Below the pieces are notes generated by a model. The model saw only the letters and a list, made by a program, of their open reading frames with translations. It did no database searches and had not been told where the DNA came from. From positions 1-62,549 of the forward strand of contig JAEWDJ010000111.1 of assembly GCA_023390155.1 (NCBI GenBank): a stretch of DNA of 62,549 nt, written 5' to 3'. This document shows, piece after piece, positions 8,562-17,542 of the stretch. Each line of letters starts with the position of its first letter. Positions within the stretch are counted from its first letter, which is position 1. This stretch comes from Actinomycetes bacterium. GTDB lineage: Bacteria; Actinomycetota; Actinomycetes; Actinomycetales; Microbacteriaceae. A program made the translations under genes and the position numbers.

Positions 8562-10013
8562 ATGGCCAAGCCCACCGCTGTCATCGGACACGTTCCGGCC
8601 GCTGAGAAGCACAGCCTCCGTGGCCTCCGCGGGAAGCACTCGGCCGAGCAGAAGAGCGCCGGTTGGAAGCTGCAGACGCAGGAGCTGCCCGCGTCGAAGA
8701 TGCCGGCGTGGGGGTGGAAGCAGCCGCACAACCTGCGCGGCCCGCTGCGTGCCGCCCCGCCGGCGCACCGTTGCTCCTCCCGGGTCCTCGGCGGTGCGTA
8801 TCCGTTCCTGGCCGAGACCGGCGACATCCTCACCGGCGCGTACATCGGCGAGAACCAGCTCTCCCGGGCGCCGTTCTGCTTCGACCCCTGGGACGCCTAC
8901 TCCGCCGAGGCCGTCCGCTCGCACTCCGTCGCGATCATCGGTGTGAAGGGCACCGGCAAGTCCGTGCTGGCCAAGTCCTGGGGCTCCCGCCTCGCCCGCC
9001 TCGGCCGGAAGATCGCCGTCCCGCACGACCCCAACGGCGAATGGGTGCGGGTCGCCGCCTACGTCGGCGGCACCTCCATCAGCGTCGGCCCCGGCAAAGC
9101 CGCACGGATCAACCTCCTCGACGAAGGGCCCCGCGACCCGGCGTTCAGCGACGAAGACTGGAACCAGAACGTCCTCCAGTACCGGCGCGCCACCGTGAAG
9201 ACGATCATCCGGCGGCTCCGCGAAGGAGGGAACCTGGAACCGGTCGAGCACACCGCCCTCGACGTCGCCCTCGACTCCCTCCGCGGCCAGACCACCGTCA
9301 TCATCACGCACGTCTACGATCGCCTGATCGACCCCGACGACTCCCTCCCGCAAGAGGTCGCCGACGCCGGCCACCTGCTCGCGCACAGCCTGCGCCGGAT
9401 GGTCTCCGGCGACCTCACCGGCTTCTTCGACGGGCCCTCCACCGTCCGCTTCGACGCCAACGCACCGATGATGGTCGTCGACACCTCCGCCCTGAAAGGA
9501 GCGTCGCCGGAGGCACAAGCGTTGGCCCGGCTTGCCACCGCGAACTGGATCCGCCGCTCCTCTCTCGGTGCCAACCGGCAAGCCCGTGTGATCATCCACG
9601 AAGAGGCCGCCGTCGAGCTCCTCAACGATGTCTCCGGCGGCGACGGCCTCGCCGACCGTGTCGAAGACGAGAAGGTCGCCCGGCACCTCGGCACCAGCAA
9701 CTGGTACCTCCTCCACCGCGTCGCCGACCTCGACTCCCTCGGCGACCGCAACAGCGCCCTCCACGCCCGCGCACTCGGCCTCCTCGCCGACTGCGAGACC
9801 CGCATCTCCTACGCCCAGCACTCCGGCGAGATCGCCCGCTCCCGCGAAATCCTCGGCTGGAACGACACCCAAGCCGACCTCGTCCGCAAACTCCACAAGG
9901 GCGAAGGGCTCTGGCAGATCGGCCAAGACCGGGTCGCGAAGGTCCGCAACATCTGCTCCGACTACGAGATGAGCATCTTCAGCACCGACACCCACGGCGG
10001 CGAACGCGCATGA
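8562..10013 (+). CDS. VirB4-like conjugative ATPase
   Basis: Walker A GVKGTGKS, DPNGEW, Walker B-like IIHEEA. Confidence 0.85.
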   Translation: MAKPTAVIGHVPAAEKHSLRGLRGKHSAEQKSAGWKLQTQELPASKMPAWGWKQPHNLRGPLRAAPPAHRCSSRVLGGAYPFLAETGDILTGAYIGENQLSRAPFCFDPWDAYSAEAVRSHSVAIIGVKGTGKSVLAKSWGSRLARLGRKIAVPHDPNGEWVRVAAYVGGTSISVGPGKAARINLLDEGPRDPAFSDEDWNQNVLQYRRATVKTIIRRLREGGNLEPVEHTALDVALDSLRGQTTVIITHVYDRLIDPDDSLPQEVADAGHLLAHSLRRMVSGDLTGFFDGPSTVRFDANAPMMVVDTSALKGASPEAQALARLATANWIRRSSLGANRQARVIIHEEAAVELLNDVSGGDGLADRVEDEKVARHLGTSNWYLLHRVADLDSLGDRNSALHARALGLLADCETRISYAQHSGEIARSREILGWNDTQADLVRKLHKGEGLWQIGQDRVAKVRNICSDYEMSIFSTDTHGGERA

Positions 10014-11815
10014 ACGGCCACCGCTCACCCTGGGTCATCCCAGCCCTCTATGCCATCTTCGGGATCGTCGTGGTGGGCGCCGTCTCCACGCTGATCGGGG
10101 CGGCCACCATCCGTGCGGTCTGCGGTGCTGGCGGCGGTCCGAACAGCGTCATCGCAGGCCTCCAGCTCGCCATCAACGGCGACTCCGCCGGGTACACAGT
10201 CGCGGCCGGCTGCACCGTGCCCGTCGCACTGATCCGGATCCTGGACGTGCTCGCCCTGCTACTGCTCGTCGCTGCCGCCGTCGCCGCGACGACCTGGTGG
10301 CTTCGCTTCCGGCAGTCGGACCGCCACTTCATCCACGAACTCCGGATGCGCGAGGGACTGGCCAAGCCCGGCGAGATCCGCAAACATACCTCCCGTGCGG
10401 CCACCCTTCGGCGCACGAAGACCCTCCGCCCATCGCTGCATGACCCAACCCCCGAAGCGGTGGGCTGGAGGGTCGGCCGCGCACACGGGCAAGACGTCTA
10501 CGTCTCCATCGAAGACTCCATCGTCGTCGAGGGCGCACCCCGCTCCGGCAAGGGCTACCGGTTCATCATCAACGCCATCCTCGACTGGGACGGCCCGATC
10601 ATCACCACCTCCACCCGCAACGACAACCTCTCCGCCACGATGCGCGAGCGCGCCCGTGTCGGCGAGGTCACCGTCTTCGACCCGCAAGAACTCTCCGGCG
10701 TTCGATCCGCGCTCCGGATCTCCCCGGTCACCGGATGCGAGGACCCTCTCGTTGCCGACCAGCGCGGTCAGGCGATCGTCGCCGGCACCGCCCTAGGCGC
10801 ATCCAAGACCAATCAGGAGTGGGCGCACGTCTCCTCCTCCGTCCTCTCCCGACTCCTGCACGCCGCCGCCGTCGACGGCCGCGGTGCCGACGCCCTGGCC
10901 CGTTGGGGCTCCAACCCGCGCCTCGCCCTCGAAGCGGTCAACGTGCTCGCCAACCGCGGCACCCCGGGGTGGGCCGAAGACCTCGACGCGATCATCAACG
11001 GTGATGAGAAACTCCTCGCCTCCTCCTGGTTCGGCGTCTCCGGCGCCGTCCGACCACTCGCCATCCCCGCCATCCGCAAAGCCATGACCCCCGGCCGCGA
11101 CGAGCAATTCGACCCCGACCAGTTCCTCACCGGCTCCAACAGCCTCTACCTCGTCGGCACCGGAGCCGGCGCCGGATCCGTCGGCGGCTTCCTCGGCGCC
11201 GTCCTCGACGATATCGTCGAAACCGCCCGCCGCAAAGCCCTCGCCTCACCCGGCTCCCGCCTCGACCTCCCCCTCGCCCTCATCCTCGACGAGATCGCCA
11301 ACATGTTCTCCTGGCCCGCCCTGCCCCGGATCATGGCCGACGGCGGCGGCATCGGCATCTCCACCATCGTGGTCCTCCAAGCCCTCTCCCAAGCCGAGAC
11401 CGCCTGGTCACGATCGGAAGCCGACACCATCTGGTCTGCCGCCACCGCCAAACTCCTGCTCGGCGGAGCCTCCGACGTCGACCACCTCCGCGACATCGAA
11501 TCCCTCCTCGGCAACCGCCGCATCCACAACACCGGCCACACCTACAACGACACCGGCTCCTCCACCAACGTCAGCAACGAGAAGATCCCCGTCATGACCA
11601 TCGACGAGATCCGCCGCATGCCCGAAACCGTCGGGCTCCTCGCCTACCGCAACCGCCGCGGCATCCTCCTCGACCTCAGCGGCTGGACCGACCGCCCCGA
11701 CGCCACCCAGATCAAAACCGGCAAGAAGGCCACCGAAGCAGACCAACAGCTCGTCTTCGCCGACCAGTACCGGGCCGCCCTCGACCGCCGCCACGCCGCC
11801 GAGGAGCGGAACTGA
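10010..11815 (+). CDS. VirD4/TraG-like type IV coupling protein
   Basis: Two N-terminal TMs; GAPRSGKG, LILDEIAN, VLQALSQ. True start is the ATG at 10010 (ATGA overlap). Confidence 0.9.
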   Translation: MNGHRSPWVIPALYAIFGIVVVGAVSTLIGAATIRAVCGAGGGPNSVIAGLQLAINGDSAGYTVAAGCTVPVALIRILDVLALLLLVAAAVAATTWWLRFRQSDRHFIHELRMREGLAKPGEIRKHTSRAATLRRTKTLRPSLHDPTPEAVGWRVGRAHGQDVYVSIEDSIVVEGAPRSGKGYRFIINAILDWDGPIITTSTRNDNLSATMRERARVGEVTVFDPQELSGVRSALRISPVTGCEDPLVADQRGQAIVAGTALGASKTNQEWAHVSSSVLSRLLHAAAVDGRGADALARWGSNPRLALEAVNVLANRGTPGWAEDLDAIINGDEKLLASSWFGVSGAVRPLAIPAIRKAMTPGRDEQFDPDQFLTGSNSLYLVGTGAGAGSVGGFLGAVLDDIVETARRKALASPGSRLDLPLALILDEIANMFSWPALPRIMADGGGIGISTIVVLQALSQAETAWSRSEADTIWSAATAKLLLGGASDVDHLRDIESLLGNRRIHNTGHTYNDTGSSTNVSNEKIPVMTIDEIRRMPETVGLLAYRNRRGILLDLSGWTDRPDATQIKTGKKATEADQQLVFADQYRAALDRRHAAEERN

Positions 11816-12216
11816 TGTCCAACCGCCGCCGCCCCGCCTGGGACAACAACTACCGCACCCGTTACCTCCACTCGCCGGCCTGGTTCGCGCGGCGAGACCG
11901 CTGGTTCGTCACCGAGATGCGCCAGGTCGGTCACGTGCGGTGCGCGCTCTGCCTCGGCACCGGCACCCCGCGCACCCTCGAACTCCACCATCTCGACTAC
12001 CGCGGCGTCCTGCAGACGCCGGCAGGCTGGGCGGCCCGCGAGCAACACGACGACCTCACCGCACTGCACCCACGCTGCCACGAATACCTGCACCAGCTCA
12101 TCGACCGCGACCGCGCCCTCTCCGGCCTCGTCTCCCGGCGCACCGCCTCCGCGCAAGCGATCGCCCGGCTGCGGGCCAAGCTCGGCAGGTACGTCGAATC
12201 GCTGGAGCAGCAGTGA
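11815..12216 (+). CDS. HNH endonuclease-like protein
   Basis: CALC..LELHHLDY..DLTALHPRCHEYLH. Confidence 0.7.
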   Translation: MSNRRRPAWDNNYRTRYLHSPAWFARRDRWFVTEMRQVGHVRCALCLGTGTPRTLELHHLDYRGVLQTPAGWAAREQHDDLTALHPRCHEYLHQLIDRDRALSGLVSRRTASAQAIARLRAKLGRYVESLEQQ

Positions 12217-12680
12217 GCGGCGACGAGACACCGATCGAGGACCTCCTCGATTCACTCCCAGAGGGTTGGGACGAGCAGCTGCCTCGACGCAGTCCCGGCA
12301 TGCTCGGCGTCAGCGTGGTCAACTGGCGCACCCTCGACGACGCGGACGCACCCGAGACCTGGACCGACCTAGGGGAGTGGGTGACCTGGTTCACTGACCG
12401 CTACAACCTCCCCGCCAGGAAGATCCCGCCGTGCTGGTTCAGGCACGGCGCTCTCGTCGAAGAGCTCTCCGCACTTCACACTGCTTGGCTCGTCTCCTTC
12501 GACTCCCTCGACGCCGGCTACGGCCCGATCGGTTGGCATGAACGCCTCGCCGCCGCCATCCCGCGACTGGCCACCTGGTACAGCGGCGAATGCCACAACG
12601 GACACACCGAGCTCCCGCAGACCGCGGCAACCGAAGCGCCAACCGACTGGGGCGACTGGATCCAGCGAACCCACGCGTGA
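12213..12680 (+). CDS. DUF4913-like ICE protein
   Basis: WVTWFTDRY..PPCWFRHGALVEELSALHTAW; GTG overlaps the HNH stop. Confidence 0.7.
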   Translation: MSGDETPIEDLLDSLPEGWDEQLPRRSPGMLGVSVVNWRTLDDADAPETWTDLGEWVTWFTDRYNLPARKIPPCWFRHGALVEELSALHTAWLVSFDSLDAGYGPIGWHERLAAAIPRLATWYSGECHNGHTELPQTAATEAPTDWGDWIQRTHA

Positions 12681-12791
12681 CCGCGGCGACCGCTCGCCGC
12701 GCGCACCTGGAGCGCCCGAAGGAACCGCCGAACGGAACGTGGAGGTAGAAGCGACCCGACAGGACGGCCGCGCAACCGAAAGGCAAGACCC

Positions 12792-13235
12792 ATGAGCACA
12801 CGAATCCCCGTCAGCATCGAAGGCAACCTCGTCGCCGACCCCGCCTACGGCGAATCCGAGAACGGCACCAAGTTCGCCAAGTTCACCGTCGCCGTCACCG
12901 ATCGCAAACTCGAAGACGGCAAATGGATCGACGGCGACACCCAATACCACCGCACCACCGTCTTCGGCCGCACCGCCGAAAACGTCCGCGACAGCCTCGC
13001 CAAGGGCGACACCGTCGTCGTCAACGGCAACCTCGAATTCCGCCACTGGACTGACCCAGCCAGTGGCGAAGCACGAGCGGCGACCGAGGTCGTCGCCGAT
13101 GCCGTGGGGCCGTCGCTCAGGTACGCGATCGCGGAGGTGGCGCGTCGAGCCCCAAAAACTGACGGCCCGGACGCCTCCGCGACTGGGCCTCTCTCGACCC
13201 GATTGGCGCAACAGCAGACGGCATCGCTTGCATGA
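12792..13235 (+). CDS. ssb: Single-stranded DNA-binding protein
   Basis: IEGNLVADP..FTVAVTDR..AENVRDSLAKGDTVVVNG..GPSLRY. Confidence 0.92.
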   Translation: MSTRIPVSIEGNLVADPAYGESENGTKFAKFTVAVTDRKLEDGKWIDGDTQYHRTTVFGRTAENVRDSLAKGDTVVVNGNLEFRHWTDPASGEARAATEVVADAVGPSLRYAIAEVARRAPKTDGPDASATGPLSTRLAQQQTASLA

Positions 13236-13245
13236 CCCACGAGTG

Positions 13246-13274
13246 AAAGGGGCTGGCGAACGCCGGCCCCTTTT
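13246..13274 (+). terminator. Intrinsic terminator ending the transfer operon
   Basis: AAAGGGGCTGGCG-aa-CGCCGGCCCCTTTT. Confidence 0.8.
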
Positions 13275-13528
13275 GTGTTCTCAGCTGATACGTCTGGTCT
13301 GGCCGCGGTTGGCATGTGCTGCGAGCACCGGATAGAGCCGAAATCAAGGTGCTGCCCATCGCGTAGAACCCTAATCTGGGTGTGACGTCCCGAAGCTGGC
13401 GGATGGCTCGTCCACTTGATCGCCGAGCCCGCCGATCCTGTCCCCAGCTGAGGAGCTCCACAGAGCATGCCGTTTATCTAATGACATGGGGGCATGGACG
13501 ACCTCAAGGCTCGCATCAAGGAGAAGGC

Positions 13529-14581
13529 TTGAATTTACTCCAACAACTGCAGACAAGGACGGGCGACATTCGCCGTGAACTAGAAGAGAAGATGGCTTCC
13601 GGATACCGCCGGTCGGACATCGGCGAGGCCGCTCGTGATTTGTGCGCACTCTGGGAATCCACTCTTGTGATGAGCGGTCACTCATGGACGAACACGTACT
13701 TGTACCATCAGGCCGAGGATCTCGCGGCTCTTGGCTGGATGGGCGCCACGGATCTCCATCTCATTCGAAAGACCAATAATGACGACAAGCATGGAACGCC
13801 TGTCACGGCCACCGCAGTAGAAATACTCGACGCGATATCGCGCGTAGAACAATCGATTGCATTCTTGAAACCCCTGGTTCCGGGACTTCAGCAGGACGTC
13901 CTTGAGCCGCGACTGCGGCGAATCGTCTGCGCAATCTACGATCACTTCACGCAGGCGGAGACTGAGTTCGCCTTGTTAGAAGCTCGGCCAGCGGAGACGT
14001 GGATGACGGCACGGGCGCTCGATACGTTCCAGATCAATGTGTCGGATGAAAAGGCGGCACGCACGCAACTAGAGGCGCTTGAAGGCTGGGAGTATGACCC
14101 GCCGGCTTTCAAGACCTTCGCGGCATCGCTCCGAGATTCCGACGATGAGTTGTGGCGCATCGCGGTCTTCACTAGCCAGTATGAGGATGTCTATTCGATC
14201 CTCTCGTCGTATCAACATGAACGAGCGCTTCTCCCGGGCCTTCATCGCGACGATGACGCATCGAACGTGCTTTCGACCCTTTCGTTAGTTCAGGCGCGGT
14301 CACTCGCCGATAGCGGGCAACTGATGAAAGCGAGCGAACTACTAGCGGCAGCAACTAAAGAAGGGCTTGTCACGCGACGCCCAGATCTTCCGCTTCTGGC
14401 CGAGGTTGTCGTAGACACGTTCAGGAAGCTCTCGCCTGAAGTAGCTCAAGTGGTCCGCGTCGATCGCGCGAACGCGCGGGTCTTCGCGAGCGAACAAAAT
14501 CGCGCATCTCTCGCCCTCGATGCAAAGTACGGAGTTCTGGTCTCTCCCGAGGGAGTGCTCTTCGTCCGCACAGGGAACTGA
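13529..14581 (+). CDS. Hypothetical protein, possible HEPN/DUF4145-like N-terminal domain
   Basis: Long ORF with visibly more A/T than its neighbours; TTG start after AAGGAG; LHLIRKTNNDDKH resembles the HEPN LRxxRNxxxH motif. Confidence 0.55.
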   Translation: MNLLQQLQTRTGDIRRELEEKMASGYRRSDIGEAARDLCALWESTLVMSGHSWTNTYLYHQAEDLAALGWMGATDLHLIRKTNNDDKHGTPVTATAVEILDAISRVEQSIAFLKPLVPGLQQDVLEPRLRRIVCAIYDHFTQAETEFALLEARPAETWMTARALDTFQINVSDEKAARTQLEALEGWEYDPPAFKTFAASLRDSDDELWRIAVFTSQYEDVYSILSSYQHERALLPGLHRDDDASNVLSTLSLVQARSLADSGQLMKASELLAAATKEGLVTRRPDLPLLAEVVVDTFRKLSPEVAQVVRVDRANARVFASEQNRASLALDAKYGVLVSPEGVLFVRTGN

Positions 14582-14633
14582 GCCGGCTGACAATCATGCC
14601 GCGCCCGGTTAGGCGGAGGCGCGCTAATAAGAA

Positions 14634-14673
14634 ATACAGAGGGGCCCGACACATGTGTCGGGCCCCGCTGTAT
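14634..14673. terminator. Palindromic hairpin between convergent genes
   Basis: Perfect 26-bp palindrome GGGGCCCGACACATGTGTCGGGCCCC (14641-14666) with flanking ATACAG/CTGTAT. Confidence 0.7.
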
Positions 14674-14684
14674 GGCTAATTCGC

Positions 14685-14888
14685 TTAGCGCAGGAGACCC
14701 CGCGCTCGCTCGATTCGATCTCGAAGTCCCTCCTGGAACTCGTCGCTCTGGCTAACGGTTTCGATGTGGGTGGCGATGGCCGCTCGGATCACATCCGAGA
14801 TGGGCCGGTTTTCAATGCTGGCAACGGTCTCTAGTTGCTCGGCTTGCTCGACCGGCAGGCGAATTGTCATTGCTTTCTGTTCCGGCAT
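14685..14888 (-). CDS. Ribbon-helix-helix (CopG-like) regulator divergent from the Ubl operon
   Basis: KAMTIRLPVEQAEQLETVASIENRPISDVIRAAI. Confidence 0.75.
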   Translation of the reverse strand: MPEQKAMTIRLPVEQAEQLETVASIENRPISDVIRAAIATHIETVSQSDEFQEGLRDRIERARGLLR

Positions 14889-15001
14889 ACGACGATTTTG
14901 CCACCAAAAGCGCACTACTGCAAGCTATCACTGCCATGTGGTGCATTTATTCAGATTCGTGTGGTATCTTGGTATCAGTCAACAGTCCTAAGGAGGACAA
15001 A

Positions 15002-15466
15002 ATGAGCGACAGCTCCGAATCCCGCACAGCGAAGATCACCATCCACATTGACGGCGAGGCCTACAAGACCCACGCCGGCCCGACGCCGGTCGCCGCGTTG
15101 CGCGCGCTGCGCCAGCCGCCCCTCCCGGACAACAAGGAGCTCTGGCTGGATATCGAGGACGAGCAGGACCAGGAACTCGACCCGGCCGGAAGCATCGACG
15201 TCATCGACGGCATGCGCTTCTTCGCTGAGATCGACGCCATCACGATCCGCATCGACCGGGTCGAGTACGAGGTCTACCAGCGCAAGATGACCGGCGCCAA
15301 GCTGCGCACTCTGCCGAGCCCGGACGTTGCCGCCGACCGTGACCTCTGGCGCGACATCCCCGACAAGCGGGACGTGAAGGTTCAGGACGAGGACGTCGTC
15401 CACCTCAAGGACGGGATGCGGTTCTTCACCGCCCCCGGGCGCATCAACCCCGGTCAGGAGTCGTGA
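15002..15466 (+). CDS. Multi-ubiquitin (two beta-grasp repeats) Ubl protein
   Basis: Two internal repeats ITIxID..ELW/DLW..DGMRFF; ends PGRINPG-QES; AAGGAGG RBS. Confidence 0.85.
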   Translation: MSDSSESRTAKITIHIDGEAYKTHAGPTPVAALRALRQPPLPDNKELWLDIEDEQDQELDPAGSIDVIDGMRFFAEIDAITIRIDRVEYEVYQRKMTGAKLRTLPSPDVAADRDLWRDIPDKRDVKVQDEDVVHLKDGMRFFTAPGRINPGQES

Positions 15467-15846
15467 AGCTGCCCGAACCGGACCGTGAATTCCTCGAGCG
15501 GTCCGGAATCTCCTACCGCATCTTTGACGACGGCAGCGGCATGCTTAACGTCGAACTGATCGACTTCCCGCTGCCGTCCGGCCTCAACGCGAACACAGCC
15601 AGCGTGCTGTTCCGCCTCTCGGCCAGCTACCCCGACACTCCGCCGGACATGTGGTGGATCATCCCCCACCTGTCCCCCGTTCGAGGTGGGGTGATCCCCG
15701 CTACCGAGATCATCGAAACTCACGACGGTCGCAGTTGGCAACGCTGGTCTCGGCACCTGGACCCGTCCGCCTGGCGGTCCGGGATCGACGGCCTGGAGAG
15801 CTATGTGCGGCTCCTGCGCACCGAGCTGGGGAGCGCCGCCGCATGA
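15463..15846 (+). CDS. Prokaryotic E2/UBC-like protein (family E type), no cysteine
   Basis: FPLPSG..YPDTPPDMWW..WQRWSRH; zero Cys in 127 aa. Confidence 0.85.
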   Translation: MKLPEPDREFLERSGISYRIFDDGSGMLNVELIDFPLPSGLNANTASVLFRLSASYPDTPPDMWWIIPHLSPVRGGVIPATEIIETHDGRSWQRWSRHLDPSAWRSGIDGLESYVRLLRTELGSAAA

Positions 15847-17219
15847 GCGCCACTCTCCGCCTCACGGGCTCCTTGCACGACGGGCTGGTGGCCATGGCCA
15901 CCAGCCCGATCGAAACGGGCGCCGTTCTCCTCGCACATCAGGTCGTCACCGACACAGGCGGCGTCATCCTCCTCGGCGATGAACTCATCGCCGTCCCCGA
16001 CGACGCCTACGAGGTCCGGACCGACCGTGTGCTGCAGATCACTTCCGATGGGTACATCCACGCCCTCAAGGCCGCCCGCGATCGCGGCATGATCGCACTT
16101 TGGATCCATAGCCACCCGGGCAACCAAGCAATTCCCCGCGCCAGCATTCACGACCAAGTCGTCAACGAGCAGCTCGAACCGCTCTTCGGCGACCGCACCG
16201 AGACCGGCCAGTACGGTTATCTCGTGGTCAGCCACGACGGCGAAGCTCTGACCTTCACCGGTGGGCTCAGCGGTCACATCACCACCCCAATTGCGCGGCT
16301 GTCCTCGATCGGGGAGCGGTGGATCTTCCGCCCCGCCCACGACTCCTCCGCCGGCACGGACCGTGCTCTGTTTGACCGGAACATCCGCGCGTTCGGGAAC
16401 GGCATCCAGATCGCCATCAGCGACCTCACCGTGGCGATCGTCGGTGCTGGAGGCACCGGCTCGGCCACCGCCGAGCAACTCGCCCGCCTCGGAGTCCGCG
16501 CGTTCATCCTGATCGATCCCGACACGCTCTCGGAATCCAACACGACCCGCGTATATGGTTCCACTCCTGCCGACGTCGGTCGCGCCAAGGTCGATGTCCT
16601 TGGCGACCACCTCGAACGCATCGCCCACGGCGTGCACACCACCCGTATCAGGGGCACCGTCCTCACAGAACGCATCGCCCGCGCGCTCGTCGGCGCTGAC
16701 GTCGTGTTTGGCTGTACCGACGACAACGCCGGCCGTTTACGGCTGTCCCGCCTGCCGTACCACTACCTGATCCCCGTGATCGACTGCGGCGTCCAGATCC
16801 CCGCCGATGCTCACGGCATCATCGCTGGCGTGTTCGGACGAGTCACTACTCTGCATCCCGGTGCAGCATGCCTCACCTGCCGCGACCGGATCGACTTCGC
16901 TCTCGCCGAAGCCGAGATCCGCGCCTCAGAAGAGCAGCAGCGTCTTGAGAAAGAGGGCTACGCGCCCGCCCTACCCGGGATAGAACCGGCTGTCGTCGCG
17001 TTCACCACCCTGGTCGCGGCCACCGCCGTCAGCGAGTTTCTGGAACGCCTGATCGGCTACGGCGACACCCCAACACCATCTGAGCTGATCCTCTACATCC
17101 ACGACCGCACCCTTCGCGGCAATATCGAGGACCCCCACCCCGGCCACTATTGCGATCCGACCATCCCGCGGGTGGGTACGGACCACGACATGTTCCTGGG
17201 GCTGAATTGGACCTCCTAA
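15843..17219 (+). CDS. JAB/JAMM peptidase fused to ThiF/E1 adenylation domain
   Basis: N-terminal ETGAVL and HSHP..SIHD; C-terminal VGAGGTGS, DPDTLSESNTTR, GCTDDNAGR and CLTC. Confidence 0.9.
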   Translation: MSATLRLTGSLHDGLVAMATSPIETGAVLLAHQVVTDTGGVILLGDELIAVPDDAYEVRTDRVLQITSDGYIHALKAARDRGMIALWIHSHPGNQAIPRASIHDQVVNEQLEPLFGDRTETGQYGYLVVSHDGEALTFTGGLSGHITTPIARLSSIGERWIFRPAHDSSAGTDRALFDRNIRAFGNGIQIAISDLTVAIVGAGGTGSATAEQLARLGVRAFILIDPDTLSESNTTRVYGSTPADVGRAKVDVLGDHLERIAHGVHTTRIRGTVLTERIARALVGADVVFGCTDDNAGRLRLSRLPYHYLIPVIDCGVQIPADAHGIIAGVFGRVTTLHPGAACLTCRDRIDFALAEAEIRASEEQQRLEKEGYAPALPGIEPAVVAFTTLVAATAVSEFLERLIGYGDTPTPSELILYIHDRTLRGNIEDPHPGHYCDPTIPRVGTDHDMFLGLNWTS

Positions 17220-17542
17220 CCCGCCTTCGCTCTTGGCGGCGACTAAAAGCCGACCTCACCGCCGACTCCGCCGCCGACGTTCCCGACCGGCTCCCAGCCC
17301 GGCACGCCGTGATCGTCGGTTCCTCCCGCCATCCGAAGTGGCTGATCTTCGATTGCCCATGCCGTCAAGGTCACCGCGTCATGCTGAACCTCGACCCTGG
17401 CAACCTGCCCCGCTGGCGCGTCACCGAGCCCTACCCGCTGACCTTCCACCCCAGCGTCGATGAGCGCAGTACCGTCGGTCACTGTCACTACGTTGTACGT
17501 GAAGGCCGCGTGCATTGGATTGAACGAACGGAGCATCGATGA
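17207..17542 (+). CDS. DUF6527-like Cys/His small protein
   Basis: WLIFDCPCRQGHRVMLNL..W..TFHPSV..CHYVVREGRVHW; TTG start inferred. Confidence 0.75.
   Translation: MDLLTRLRSWRRLKADLTADSAADVPDRLPARHAVIVGSSRHPKWLIFDCPCRQGHRVMLNLDPGNLPRWRVTEPYPLTFHPSVDERSTVGHCHYVVREGRVHWIERTEHR

Noticed and set aside
8663..10009. N-terminal 450 aa of the 1050-aa ORF 8663-11815
   Set aside because: Arg/Pro-rich off-frame read-through over the VirB4 gene; VirD4 starts at 10010.
15843..17219. ThiF/MoeB for thiamine or molybdopterin synthesis, or CBASS Cap2/Cap3
   Set aside because: No cofactor genes or nucleotide cyclase nearby; the partners are a multi-Ubl and a separate E2.
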